Source: Rotaria socialis
Taxonomy: Eukaryota
DNA length: 64,000 bases
Assembly: GCA_905331295.1 (NCBI GenBank)
Contig: CAJNYD010000223.1
Span: 186,001-250,000, forward strand
Direction of reading: 5' to 3'
Numbering within the stretch: position 1 is the stretch's first letter; each line of letters starts with the position of its first letter. Made by a program: the position numbers and the translations under genes. Below the pieces are notes generated by a model. It was not told where the DNA came from, made no database searches, and saw nothing but the letters and a program-made list of their open reading frames with translations. Positions 12,355-26,800 of this stretch are shown here, piece by piece.

Positions 12355-14541
12355 ATGAATGCTCAATTTCACAGAGAACAAGGAGGAATATCGGTTGATT
12401 ATCAACGAGTTGGGAGCTCAAGTAATGCAACAGAATCAACGTATCATTCAATAATCAGTCCGCGTGTTACTGATGTTAAACGTACGCGTCCGTTTTCTGG
12501 AGGTGATGGTGTTACGACGCGACATCTTCGAAGTATTCAAACAGGTGGTGGCAGTTTTCGTCAGGGTCTTGGTGCTTTGGTAAATAGTCCTGGTATACCA
12601 ATGCATAGCGCCGGCAACTCAAACACTTCTCTGATCGTTTACAATGATTTACGTGTACGGGATAAACATGACCTTGTAAAATTAAACGATAAATTTGCTC
12701 AATATGTTGAGTCAGTACGATTTTTAGAAGCACAAAATCGTAAATTAATGTATGAAATCGACGCTATTGGAAGTCGTAGCGGACAGTAAGTTGATTAGAA
12801 ATTTGACAACGAAAAAAAAAGATGAAATAATTATTTCCTAGAGGAACTTCGCGTATTGAAGGTATGTACCGAACTGAAATGGATACAGCAAAAAAATTAG
12901 TTGGTGAGACGAGAAATGACTTTGCTGGAGTCAATGCTAAAGCAAAAACAGCTGAAGATGAATGCAACAAACAAAAAGAACGATACAACCAGGTTATGAA
13001 TTTAAGAGCAACTGATCGTAAAGCAATGGAAGATCTTGAACGACGAATGGCCGAAAATGAAGCTGTAAGATTGAAATTTATCCTAATCTCTGAGTTTTAC
13101 ATTAATAACTTTTAGTAAAGGATTATGACGGAATTCGCATTTATATTTGCATACGCGCGATTCACATATTTGATGTGCGATAGTTAGAATTATACAATAT
13201 TATATTTTCTTCTTTTCTTTTTTTTTTTTGTTAATTTTCATCATATTTCAGCGACACTGATTATAAATATGTATAATCTTTATAATCAATTTCTACACGC
13301 AAACGAAAAAGTTATTGTTGATTATATGCAGAGATCGTTGAAATGCATTTTTCTTCGTATTGATTAAAATCATTTACCGCAGCAATGCAAACAGAAAAAA
13401 AAACTGTTCTATACTCAATTGCAATAGAATTATTGCGGATGAAAAATATACTCTAGAAAAACAGTCATACATTAACCATGAGTTACCTAAACAAAACGCC
13501 AAAAATAAATATGAAGTTTTGATTTGCATTTTGTTTTTAATGTAGCAAATAAATTTATTTCGTCGTCGTATTGCCGACCTTGAAGATGAAGATCGTCGAT
13601 ATAAAGCTGAAGCTCGTCGTCTACAAAATGAAATGTCAAAACTTCAACAGGATCTTGGCAATGAAAGAGTTATGAAAGCAGCACATGATTCAGACAAAAT
13701 GGCTCTTGAAGAGGAAGTGGCTAGACTTAAACGTGAATGTAAGATATTTATTAGTTTTAAATCATTTCTTTTTGTTTATTTTAATTTTTCTTTCTTCTTT
13801 CAGATGAAATCGAACTTACTGAACTGCGTTCTCGATATCAAACCGCTGATCTTGATATATCACAATTTCTCGATAAAGATTTAGTAAACCAACTAAGACA
13901 AATTCGTAATGACTTCGAAAACGAATCTAATCATCAACGTGAATCCATTCAGAGTAGTTATTCACTTACAGTTAATGAATTAGTTCGTCAAATACCATCC
14001 GATTCTAATGCACCTAACAATCAACAACAACTTCGACAAGTCGAAACTTATCGAGCCGATTTAACAGACATAAAAAATAAACGAAGTCATATGCAAGCTC
14101 AAAATGAACAACTTAAAAATCGAGTAGACGATCTAACTTTAAAAATCAAAAGTTTAAAGGAAAGTGGCAGCTATTCGATAGCTAGAGCCGACAAAGAAAT
14201 TGCAGAAGCGAAGGCTCGTTTAGCAAAAGCTACCAGTGACTTTGACTCATTAGCAAGCTTGAAAGTAACCTTAGAACAAGAAATTTGTAAATATAGAGAT
14301 TTACTTGAAAGTAATGAATATTTCTTTGAATAATTTATAAGAAATTTCTAAAATTCTTTGTATCTTTTTCCTATCAGGTCAAAATGGTCTTCGTCCATGT
14401 GTCGATCGAATTATAGCAGGTGCACATCACCCATCTATGGGTCGATCTGTTACTGGTAATAGTACATCGACAACTGTTATACGTAGAGTAACTGAATCTA
14501 CTGGTAGTAATGGCCGAGTACGATTTAGTACAGATTCATAA
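12355..14541 (+). CDS. Intermediate filament protein with short tail; exons approx. 12355-12785, 12843-13064, 13546-13738, 13804-14310, 14378-14541
   Basis: Rod initiation motif LNDKFAQYVESVRFLEAQN and termination motif KVTLEQEICKYRDLLE; last exon ends at TAA 14539-14541. Confidence 0.88.
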
Positions 14542-16740
14542 TTGATTATTGTAAACCATTTAATGGGAGTGATAAACATTTAAACTGACAGATGTAGCCG
14601 ACACGTTTTCATTTGTATTATCTAAACTATTGTGATATAGCATTATAATTGATTGCGCTTTTCAGAAATAAATACATTTTTAGTAAATAGCAACATTGAT
14701 TAGAACTTTTTATTTCATCAATACATTAAGGCGAACAACTTGAAAGATAAAATGATTTCTAGAGTTTCGAGATACGATTGGCGCCTTACTTTTTACTAGA
14801 GAACTATTACGAAAGGAATGTCTGGCCCTTATATTTATGAGAATAGTCGAAAATCAATTTATTCGTATTATTCACAGTAGATTATTCAAAAGTGTTTTTG
14901 AAATTCTTTCTATTTTTCTAACAAAAAACAATATTTTTCCACAATGATTCATTGCTTATTTTTAATCGAACGCAGTTCACTTCTCGAATTTAGCTCTAAA
15001 GCACGGTTGTAATTGTATTTTGATTTTAGAAAATTTCTCTTGCTTAACCTCTTCAATCCACATCCCTTAATGTCTTACCAAAGAGTCAATCTCCCTAGAT
15101 TGATCGATCAGTGAATTTTTTTGTAGCTTCAATTGGTTTTGAAACGCGAACGAAAAAAAGGAAAAAAATAACGCTAGAGGGACGTCAATTTTCAAAATTA
15201 AACAGGTAGAACAAACTGAATGCTTTGCGTGCGTCTCACATTTCAATTTTCATTTGCTTAGAAAAAAATGTATGAAAAGAAATCATACCGCACCAACAGA
15301 AGGAACGTAGAAGGCTTTACTATTTACAAACGGCTTCTTATTTATAGATGCACTACTTCGTTTCATAATGGAGAAAGTTTCAGCGATGCAAAAAGAAAAT
15401 ATTTGTTTGGTACACAACAAATTTGTTTCTCTTCGGCTCGTCAATAATATAGAAAACCACAGTCGATCATGAATTCCTGTTTAGAATCATCAAAAGCGAA
15501 ACGCTATAAAGGTGTAAAAAAAAGCGATGAGCTACGAAAGATTAACTAGTGCAATAAGAAGAAAAACAATCATTAGTGTGCCACTTCATGATGTTGCTCG
15601 AAAAAATAATTATTTACGGATCCAGTGATTTTAAATTCCGATATAAATCTAGTGTGTGTACATCTTGAGAAACTTATTCAATATTAAAAGCTGAAATTTG
15701 ATATGAATAGTGTCTCTGTCTGTTTTACGTTACATACGATTTTGAAAATTTGTGCTACTAGAACAAAACTACATGTCTACACAAAATACAGACCTTGAAA
15801 AAATCTCAAATACATCAAATCATTATTTCGACGAATTTACCTACATGAAATGATTAAAAAACAGTAGGAAAATGCTGAATGAGCTTCAGTTTCGCTCGGT
15901 GTCTTTTGTATAATCAAACCAATAAATTGAACATTTTGATTTTACCTTTTACTAATCAGTCAAAACAGTTCAACTCTAATAATAACAAATATAGCTCTGC
16001 ATCTGTTATAAAACACTTTTATTGCCTATCGTGTCTATTAATCGGACGCATCATTTCGTTTTAATCCAATTGTTTCTCGCATTTCGATCATCATCGAAAT
16101 GTGTTAGGGACAGAAAAAAAAAGCTAAATCTATGTTTATCTGAATCAGCTCTTCTTCAACTCATACGATAAACTGTCATAATATAATTTCAATGTGTCGA
16201 TAAAACCCTGCTTTCGAAATCCTAAAAATTTAACGATTTCAACTTATCATAATTTTATAATAAGAAAGAAACAATGAGATGGATTCTTCGTATTTTTCAT
16301 CATCTGTTTTCAATCCAATCGATATTTTTGTTATCACACGAAATTTGATCAAATGAAGAAGTCTAATTGAAAACAAATCTGTCAAGTTACTGTTATAAAT
16401 TACACATAATTTGCAAAGTGGCAAAATTAAATAGAAAATTTGAAAAAAAATCAACAGACCATATCCTGTTTTCAAATCGAGGATCAGAGAAAATTGTATC
16501 TTTACAAAAAACAAAAGATTCACGTCGAAATCTAAGAAGAAGAAATAGAAAACTTCGACAGACACGTGTTTTGAGCATTCTTCTCTCATCAGCTGTTTTT
16601 GAATATTTTTCATTTAGATGATTATTTGTTTCGTTAATTGATGTCTTTTCATCATAACTAATGATGTCTCATCGTTCAATCTTCCAATACGAATATTAGT
16701 TTTCATCTTCAATTCAACCAATTGAACAATTTGTATCTTT

Positions 16741-16784
16741 CTCTCTCTCTCTCTCTCGAATGAAGCGAGACAGAGAGAGAGAGA
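16741..16784. repeat. Inverted (CT)n/(GA)n tracts just upstream of the homeobox gene
   Basis: CTCTCTCTCTCTCTCTCG, then AATGAAG, then CGAGACAGAGAGAGAGA; can form a hairpin. Confidence 0.7.
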
Positions 16785-16898
16785 CAAACAAAAGATAAAT
16801 TGTATATTATAATACGACGGACGATCATTTCTTCTTTCATTACGTCACTCACATATATATTCATCGTTTTTTCATTAGTATATCATTCAAAAACAAAA

Positions 16899-18247
16899 AT
16901 GATTCGTATCAAACAGGATCCTGATGCATTGGATTTAACCAACCGATCACGACACCTTGTTTCGCCAACAAGTGAGCACGAAGATGATGAAGAAGAGAAT
17001 TTCTCTGCTGAAGATGACACTCATGAATGCATTCCAAAGGTAGATCAAAACAGCTTTTCTCAAAATAATTTTAATGAATTTTGTTTTTTGTCATTCTAGA
17101 AAACAACATATGATAGCGGTTTTGTTGATACAAGCGATGAAAATAATAGTTCAATTATGGTTAAACAAGGTGGGTTGAACTATCCTAATGAATTATGTAG
17201 AATGTATCCACCACAGGAATAATTCATTTTCTATGTCCCATCTTGTATATCTCTACACCTCAAGCAATAGAATTTCCCGTCAGTAGGAGGTCTCATATCA
17301 TATACATGTATAATTGTTTGAAAATGAATAGGAACAATATTGTAAATGAAGACGAGTGAATAGCTAGACACCTTTTTTCTTGATCAATTTAACCCTGGAG
17401 GTTATTGTATTTCTATTTTTGTGTTAATAGAACAAAATAATCATCATAATCATCATCATTATCATAGTACTCCGCTTCGACCTCAACAAATACATTCACA
17501 TATTCGTCATCCGAGTACAAGTAGTAGCACATGTTCATCACCAACACGTCAAGAACAATCAAATGATAAAGAATGTCGAAATACACGGTACAAAAAAAAT
17601 CATTGGTTAACAAAGAAAAACAATTTTGTTTTCTAGATTTTTGGGCAGTCGAGCTGTCGCTGTTTTAAATCAATGGTTTCAATTGAACAGAGAATATCCA
17701 TATCCAGATGATGATCGAACCGAACGATTGGCTAATGAAGCAGGTAAGTGACACCTTTTGAATAGCAAGAAATGATGTTCTCAAAAATCGTACATAGGCA
17801 TAACTCAAAAACAAGTTAAAAAATGGTTTGCAAACAAACGTGTCCGCAGTCAAATGTGTTACAAACCGTTATATCGATCTCGAAAAGTAAAATACATTCG
17901 TAAATTTGTTCGTTTGCTAAATCTATTTTCATGTTTAGCCTCGAAACTCAGCTCCTATTCCAGAACGTCAAACACAAACCAATTATAATTATATTATCAA
18001 TCACAATAATATCGGAACACCGGCACCAAGTTTTCCACCGGCAAATCCAATGCTATTCAATCCAATGGCGACATCAATGATGATGTTTATGATGCAACAA
18101 CATTTTCTATCTACAATGATGACTGCTGGACATCCTCAACCACAGATCGCACCTCCACCGACGACAAATCCAACACCAGCGACGACGACGACGACGACGA
18201 CGACACAAAAAACGAATCCTGATCGAATCACTCGTTTTTGGTTATAA
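16899..18247 (+). CDS. TALE-class homeobox transcription factor (about six exons)
   Basis: Spliced homeodomain RNTRFLGSRAVAVLNQWFQLNREYPYPDDDRTERLANEAGITQKQVKKWFANKRVR (exons near 17420-17587, 17637-17743, 17799-17886) with the TALE PYP loop. Confidence 0.85.
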
Positions 18248-19724
18248 GAATGACTCTACACCGCTTGACAATGAGAAAAAAACACTCTCGGGATACACAG
18301 CATTTATTTGTTCATATGCAATGTATTTTGTTTTTTTTTCTTTGCTGTCTTCTTTCTCTTTTTGTTTTGCATTGCAACGAAATGTGTATATGTGGGAGTG
18401 TATTTTTCTGCGATTTTTATCTATTAAAATTACTAAAACGTTAGAGAAAAATTTATCTGTGCCGCTATTAAACTGCAATCGATTCTTTTCTATGAGTTAG
18501 AATTTACGTTTTACAAGTTAGCGAAGGACAACTGGATTTCATCAAACTTGCTGAATATCAATATTTTGATTTTTGTAGACTCATTGAATAGTCCATCTCT
18601 ATTCGTCAATATCGGCTGTAGTCTACATAGTGTAGTAGTTTAGAATAAAGATGGCTTTGTTTTTTCAAGTACGAAAAATGAATAGATAATTTCGTTAAAC
18701 GACACTTCAGCTATGTTTATAGGGTGTCAATTAAGAAAAACATTCGATCGAAAAGATAAAAGCTATGATTCATATTGCACAGGTAGGGATCGGCATATTT
18801 TCTTTTCTCTCGAGAGAACCGTTGTCTTCTTTGATGTCTCTCCAATGCTATCGACTGGTCTGGCCACTTCGTCTTTCGATTCCAATCGATGCGTCATTTC
18901 CCACTATGTTCCAATTAAAATTACCTATAAATTGATGCGACAAGTCATTTCTATTTCGAAAGTATATACAAGCATGAAACAGACCGCTTCTCTGTATGAC
19001 GTCTATTGTTCGCACGTACACTATTAGTTGCTCGTCGTCTCATACATATATATATATACGACAACTATTCGAAATAGCCAACCTTCATTTTTCACCTCGA
19101 AGAGATTATCTATAGATATGATCTTCGCTTATTTGTGTTATCGTGCAAAAGGTAAAAGAGCATCTATACCGAAAATATGTTCGATTTAGATCTCTATCTC
19201 GATAAAGATGTGCTCCAATTATCGTTACAGGAAAGATGCGCGAACATATATAATCGAATATTTAAAGACAGCAGGAAAATTTTTTTTTGCTGAAAGAAAA
19301 GTTCGTATGCTGATATTTTTTTACTTCTACTCAATTCGATGCGATCTCAGTTCGGTGAGGAATCATCAATTTGAGATGAAGGCAATATCGAATAGTTTCA
19401 TTCCGACATTTCAACTGTGAAGAATAAATTGATCGTCCGTTTAATAGCTTATGTAATCACCTGCACATTGCATTCGTCAACTATATTAATTGATGACATG
19501 ATGCGTATGGCAATGATCTCGCTAATTGAACAAACGAAAGTTTTCAGGCAGTAATTTTGTTCTAAAACTTGTCAATGAGACGCTTTGAGGATGTTCAGGA
19601 CTTATTCTGATTATCTTCTAGTCGTGATGAATTAGTAAATTGAATTTAATATATCAATGTAAAAGAAAACAACTGAAATTTACAGATAAGTCGATAATAG
19701 AGAAATAGTTAATCGAATTTGTTT

Positions 19725-21045
19725 TCAATCATTCTGTAATATTGAAACTAGTTGTCTATATCGTGGATCATCGATTGCATTTCTTTGTATATATTGTTGA
19801 CGCCGTTGAGCACTCATTTTACGTAGTTCGGTTTCTTGTCGATGTCTAACTATTTTCGATGAATGTGGTGCATTTAAAATTTCTAACATAACCGGTTGTA
19901 CATGTAGGAATTTATGTTTTATCTTTTCATCGGTTACACTTGGGCTTTCGTCGTCGATGATTTCAAAACTGCGCGGTGTTAATGACGATGTATCTTCAAC
20001 GGGATATATACTAGGTAGAAATATATGGCTTGTTCGAGGTTTACTCGTCGCGTCTTTGTTCCATTTTGTTCGACATATTTCTCGATATGATTTGTCTTTG
20101 TTAAACCATTCATGGCGTTTAGATAAATGTCCATGGGCAAATAAATGATCATAAGCATGACGACGGCGAACAACTTCGCGATTAACAAGTTGAAGTTGAT
20201 CGAGTTTACGGTTTATTTCACGTCGATATTCATTTTCGGAATTAATTAAAGTCTCTTGATACAAACTTGGAAGTCGATTGACACTTGATAGTTTAGTTCG
20301 CTTGCTATAGAGCAAAGAAAAACAAGGTTAAATTACGTATTTGATGAAAAATAGCTCATGAAAAAAGAATTCAATATTTTTTCAAAGTATTTGCTTATTT
20401 TATTTCGGTATTTACGTGCACTCGTCATTGAGAAATATTTTATCACGCCACTCGACGCCTCTTGAGAAAATGTCTGATTCACACAGTAGCTATGCGAAAA
20501 ATGAACCCGTAAGAGAAATCTTCGTAACCATGTTACTGCGAAAAGGTAATAAAAATATTTTCCTTAGGATCTATTGTATAAAAGTTAAAGATCAAATCAT
20601 ATTTTTATTTCTCGGGCACTTTTGTCAATCTCATCGAGTCCTATTTATAGGGAACTGCAGAAAAAATTTTGAACAAACCGAATTCATTTTACTGATTTTT
20701 CTAATTACAATAAAGATCCCAGTATATTCTTCGATTTCAATCTCCCATGTATTTACTCACGGCAGTGGCATTGCCTTTCAAGAAGCTCGAAGTCGCACTG
20801 TTCTATTCTTTCTTGAGAATTTTTTAAATTTTACTTGATTAACACAAAGCAGACTATGCATTATAAATATTATAGTTATTTGCCGTAAAAAATACAGTTT
20901 GATTTTTTAAATTGGTATTGAATAAATGGAATTATGTTTTTACTCTGTTTGTTTCCGTTCGAAAGATCTATAAAAAATGACTTGACCATTTCCGAATTTT
21001 CAATAAAAACTCGTGAAGAATTTTCTTTTCTACTTACGTATTCAT
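19725..21045 (-). CDS. Uncharacterised basic protein of ~195 aa; exons 21045-21038 and 20304-19725
   Basis: ATGAATAC/gtaag micro-exon splices in frame to ctatag/CAAGCGAACT, giving MNTKRTKLSSVNRLPSL...; no recognisable domain. Confidence 0.65.
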
Positions 21046-23808
21046 TTTTGTTTTTCGAAAAAGTATAATTGACTTTTTTGTCTAAATGTTGCGATGAAAT
21101 GACAAGTTGAATAATACAATCGATGTTGGTCGTTCTTCAAGTCAATATTTTTAATACTTCAAACATCTTATATTTACCAATGCAGAACAAGAAAACGATA
21201 GATTAATAAATCGATCGAACACATTTAAATAAAATAAAAAAAACATTTTGCATAGTCAAAGTTTTGACATAATAGTAGCTACTTTGACTTGACTAAAATA
21301 AATCATCAGAAGTATAGAAAAGAAGAAAAATCGATTGTAAAAAAAACAACCACAGAAAAAGAAACACCAACTTAATATCAAATAGATTATCTATTTTTAG
21401 GAACTCAACGATAATATAGAGTACAGTACATCCAAAAAAATATTTATTTTATTTTAGAAAATTTTGAAGGCCAACTTATAATTTAATGTTTTTGGGGGAT
21501 TTCGTTTTTTTGTTTATTAGAATGCCTTGAAATATCGCTTTAGCCATTGAATATTTTCAAACATGATATGGCAAACTGCAGCGATCAAGTGCGGCGCTGA
21601 TTGGCAACTCCATTCATTTTGAATAGATTGAAGATTAGATTTAGCACCGGTGAGAACACTATGGCGCCTGTCACTTTCGAATACAAAAAAAAAACTCTTA
21701 CATCATCATATTGAAGATCCTCAAAGCAAAGTATACATAATATACAACGTTCGTTCTTCATCGCATTAAAACACGAATTTTTACAAGATTCTCTGAAACC
21801 AGGATGTGCATCAAGACAGTTTTTCAGTACACAAAACAACTGATCTTGGAACTTTTGAGAAGATCTCCGAGTCTTTCCGAACTTCGTTTTTTTAAATCTA
21901 TTTCAAATATGATCTTGATGGAGAAAGAGAAAGTTTATATTTTATGTCGCCAGATGAGAACGGTTTTATCATAAAGAGCAATAGAAATAATATGGCCTTT
22001 TTCTTTTTTTTGGATATTCGACGTCATCGTTTGAAACCTATTGAAAGAAAACATATAAAAACATCGTTATCATTACAAATCACATCGTTTCATAGAAACA
22101 AAATGAATACAAAAATTGTTGAAATAAAAATATTTTTTCCGTTTTTTGGAGATTAACACAAATATTACCTATGACACAGAGCCATGAATTTCTTTACTGT
22201 TGACTAGCAACAACAAATAACTTAATTATCGGTGCAGTTTTCATTGGCATGAAGTCCTATAATAGGAACACGAAATCTTGTAATGAATCAACAAATAAGA
22301 TTATTATAATATTCGTTAACGACGCTTTCCGAGAACAACAAGATTGTTCGTTACTTTTTGTGCCTGTTCAGTAGTTTCCTTCATGACTGTGTAAATAAAT
22401 TCTAATTCTCTGTACGTAGATCTTTCTTTTTGTTCTCGTTTTCTATTTATAAAAGTCTTGTTTGCTATTGAAACAAGACAAATGGATTCTTTGTTTGTTC
22501 TTTTGTATCCACATTTCATACTTATTGTTACTCCGGACGAAAATTTTAATAATTATCATCCTTTTCCAGTTACTCCTATGAATTCAATAGACATTCTATT
22601 GTTAGTCTAAACAATAAAAATGCGCATTGCGGCGGACGACTTTTGTTTTTTAAGTACGCTGCAAAACTACATTATGTGTACGGAATTTTCAATGGCATCT
22701 TCGAAAAGTAAATACATTCGAATGATTAATATTGGAGATTGTTGTTCTTTTTAAAAATAATTTTATGCTAAATCTTTTCAAACTTCAACTTTGTTCTGTA
22801 CAGTTTTTACTTTGCATAATCGCATTCAAGTTGAAGCCTTAACATCACGCTAAGTAAAAATATTATCCGTTTTTCTTTGCATCGTAGTCATATGAATGTC
22901 TGCTCTGATCGATCGAACATCAACAGGCTGAATTAAAAATTAGCAAATACGGCTACTATTAAGGAGTAGTTTTGTCATCTTGAAAGCAAGTTTTTCTTGA
23001 TCAATATACGTCACAGACTAAAAAATAAGCGTATTTAATTGAATCGATGATATATCGCCCACCTTCATGTAAATAAGTCCATGTTTATTTTAATAAGAAA
23101 ACAGCTCAGCTATTCCATTGAATTTAGTACGAAAATTGATTATGACGTTACTATTTCGTTCTTGAAAGAAAACATTGTATTTTTTAACGTTTTATTTTTC
23201 TTAGACAAAACTGCAGAGAATCGGCACGTACCTATCTTTGACCCTGATATAACAATAGCAAGCTGCTGTCTCTGAATAATTAAAAAAATAGTTTTATGTA
23301 CCTAGTGGGAACCATCCGGTGTTAAAATTTTTATCTGAATCCATGAATCGGACTCTTTGACACAAGAATATTTTTCGTCACGTATAGCATAACCATTATC
23401 GTAACATATATATATATATATATATACTTAATTACTAATCAAGATGGAATATGCGAAAGAAAAATTTCTGTAACAAACGACAACAGTATTTCGTATTATT
23501 ATTATTATTATTATTCGATAGGAAATTCTCTATTTTTCTCAATAATGAAAAGTACATGTCACCAGCTGTTGCCATTATCGATTCGCTTCTAACTCGCATA
23601 CTTGTCATTATTAAAAGAAAAATTATGTAATAGAGTTTTCAGTTTTGTTCGATATTTATTAGTAAAGGAAACCACGTGGAAAAAAAGAAACAAAACACAC
23701 AATTTATTTGTTCTTATTTAATGAGCGAAATTTTATGCGTACAAATAATATCATGACGTGATTAATATTCTGTTAAAATATATGATTGTCCCAGGCCATT
23801 CCGTTTGA

Positions 23809-26800
23809 TTAGAAGACAGTTTTTTTAATATGTTTATTTGTTGCTTTGGGTTTGTTTGCATTCGTATTCGGACCATTCGAATCCTTCACGTAAACAATAC
23901 GAAAACTCTCTAGAATAAAAACGAAGTTCATATAGAATTCACGTAACTATTAATTTTGTCGACTTCATTTTTTTATTTTATTTTTCTAAACTGAAAATTT
24001 TCTTGTTTTCAAAATATGCAAAGAATAATAATCATCTGTTTATTGTGTTTAACCATTTACAGCTACATAAATTCAATGTCTCAGCAAGGCTTCGAAAATA
24101 TTGAAATCGAACTTTTCCTGTAACATCAGGCATTTCGTATAGAAGAAATGATTCAATCTCACATGACTTGTAAATTCAAATGATAATTTAACACATGTCG
24201 ATTTTTTTGAAAATAGAATAGAAATTTCCTGTAGTTTTGAATACAAGATCTTTAGCTGTTTTCGTATCGTTAACTAGATTCAATGTTTATATCCTACCGA
24301 GAAACTCGTTAATATCAATTTTTCCATTCTTATCAAAATCCATAGCCAATGTAAGTTCTTCAATGTATGCTTCATTGACTTCACCGGTACCATTTTCACC
24401 AATAATTAAAAGTTTAATAATGTCAGAAAATTCATTACGACTAATAAAACCTATGATATTGTGTATATTCAATAGATAAATATTCATTCAAGCGAAGAAA
24501 GAAAACTATACCAGAATGATTGTAATCAATTAAATTAAATAATATCATCAGCATATCTTTCCACATATATAAATCTTCCATAATACCTGTGTTAGACTAA
24601 AAACAAGCAAAACAAAAAGGTTAACCAACATGAAATATATTTTGAAATACCATTTGAAATTTCGTGTTATCTAGCTGGTATCCATCAAACAGAGTATCAT
24701 AAAGAATTCCTTGTTCATCTTCTTCTACAAGCTTTTTGCGTAATACAAGCCATGGTAAATCGACTTGAAGTACACTTGACATAATTTGCGACCAAGCAGT
24801 CAAAGATAAATGATCTAATTCGATGAAAAAAAAGGATCCTGTTTAACAAAAACAAAAACAAAAACAAATCGAATACTTGTCTGATTGGTATCTGCATTTT
24901 GAAATTCTTTTAGAAGTAAATTTTTATTTGTCATAAGTTTTTCTGCCAATGAATGGTATGCTGGATCTTCGAATAATGTTACTCTTTAAAACAAAACAAA
25001 AGAAAAAATGACAAACGTATTCCTATTGAAATTATCTTACTGTTTATTAAAGCTTAGTTTTCCCATTTCAACAGGTTCAGTTTTATATGAAATTATCCAT
25101 GGCTCTGGCTCATTGTAATCCCTAAAAAAGAGTGAAATAGTAATGCGTACAAAATCAGTATCATCATAGATCCAAACCATCGTACAATCGCACCCCAATT
25201 GGATCCTTTAGAATAATTCGATGCACTAAATACCGTCAGAACTTTACGATCATGTGTATATTCATAGCCTTCTGGTTTGACTTGATGTGAACGTATGATC
25301 ATTGAAAGATTATATTTAGCAAGAAAATCTCGTGTTGTATCGGCACCAAAAAAAGTAGCAATGTTTCTATCGTCGTTTTTTCGACATCCTTTACGACCTT
25401 GAGGATCTGGATCGCTCCAATATAAATCTAAAATTTTTCTTTTAATATTAAATATATACGAGAGTATTTCATTTTATTATCAATACCTTGTATTTGACGA
25501 TATTCATTATCTTCCTCAGGAGTCAATCGTTTACCGCCACCTCTTGATTCGGGCGGTACTTCAATTGAAACATCTAATGAACAATAAAGATAAACATGAT
25601 TTAAGAGGCTGACTTAAAAATCTAATGAATCATATAGTTAGGACCAAAGCTAAGCCTAAGCTTTCGAAAAACACCATGTTGATTAGAGATAAAAAATGCA
25701 GCTGATGAAAATAAAGCTTCAATCTAAGGGCAAAATGAGGCACGCCCTTATTTAATTTATAATCCTATCTGGCATTGAACTTGAGTGAAAAGGTAGAAGG
25801 TAATTATAACAAAACACTAGCACTGAAGTACAAGTTGAATAATTTTAGTTATTCGAATTATTTCAAAAAACAAATCTCATTCAAAATTCGAACCCTCCGG
25901 AACTTAAATATATCACATACGATCTTACATCTGTTTCTCGTAAGAGCATTAATTTGTTTTAAATTAATTTTATCCGATATTCCTCCATGTATTATAATAA
26001 TTTTCGCTGCTCCGGTTTCAACGTATGAATAAATTGGTAGCCAACTAAATATATCTTTAAATAGATCAATTATTGGTCCTTTGCGCGCCTAAATAAATAA
26101 ATAAATGTATATATATATATACACATATGATAATTTAATTTCATCGAAAATATTTTGAACTTACGCTATATTTTTGGATAACTTCATTTTGAAAACCATA
26201 TCGAACGGTAACCATAATATCTTCGTGATTGCCTATTCAGTTTTATTCATAAGTAGAAATATTATTTTAAGCAAAAACAAAACTACCTCGATTAAGAAAT
26301 ACAGAGCTTGGATAAAGAACCAACGAAGTCATGAGCAATAGAATAACTTCAACTGAATTATGACCTCGATCCACAAAGTCTCCATTGAATATATACGGAT
26401 TGTCAGTCGAAGGCAATCCATTCTACAATTAATTGAAATAGAACTAATTTTCATGTGCATCTCACTTACTGCATTAAATATATGTAATAAATCAGCTAAT
26501 TGTCCATGCAGATCGCCAATAATGTGTATATGACGTAAGACAGATAAATCGATATGATTGAAATTTGGCAAGGTTTTAAGTATAGCGCGTGCTTGATGAA
26601 GAATTACACATACATATTTTTCATGTAAAACCTACGAATATAAAACTAATTATAACGGAAAAGCACGTGAAACCGGATGAGATAAGAGACTATAATTATC
26701 TCTGACCGAAAACATTCGAAAATTTTATTCGATATCTACTTATCATTATTAAATGATATTGGTCTTATTATATTCGTGACGTGATAGCAGTTCGAATTCG

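Noticed and set aside
21540..22520. Short ORFs in a long intergenic region
   Set aside because: No domain, consistent splice pattern or TE termini could be supported.
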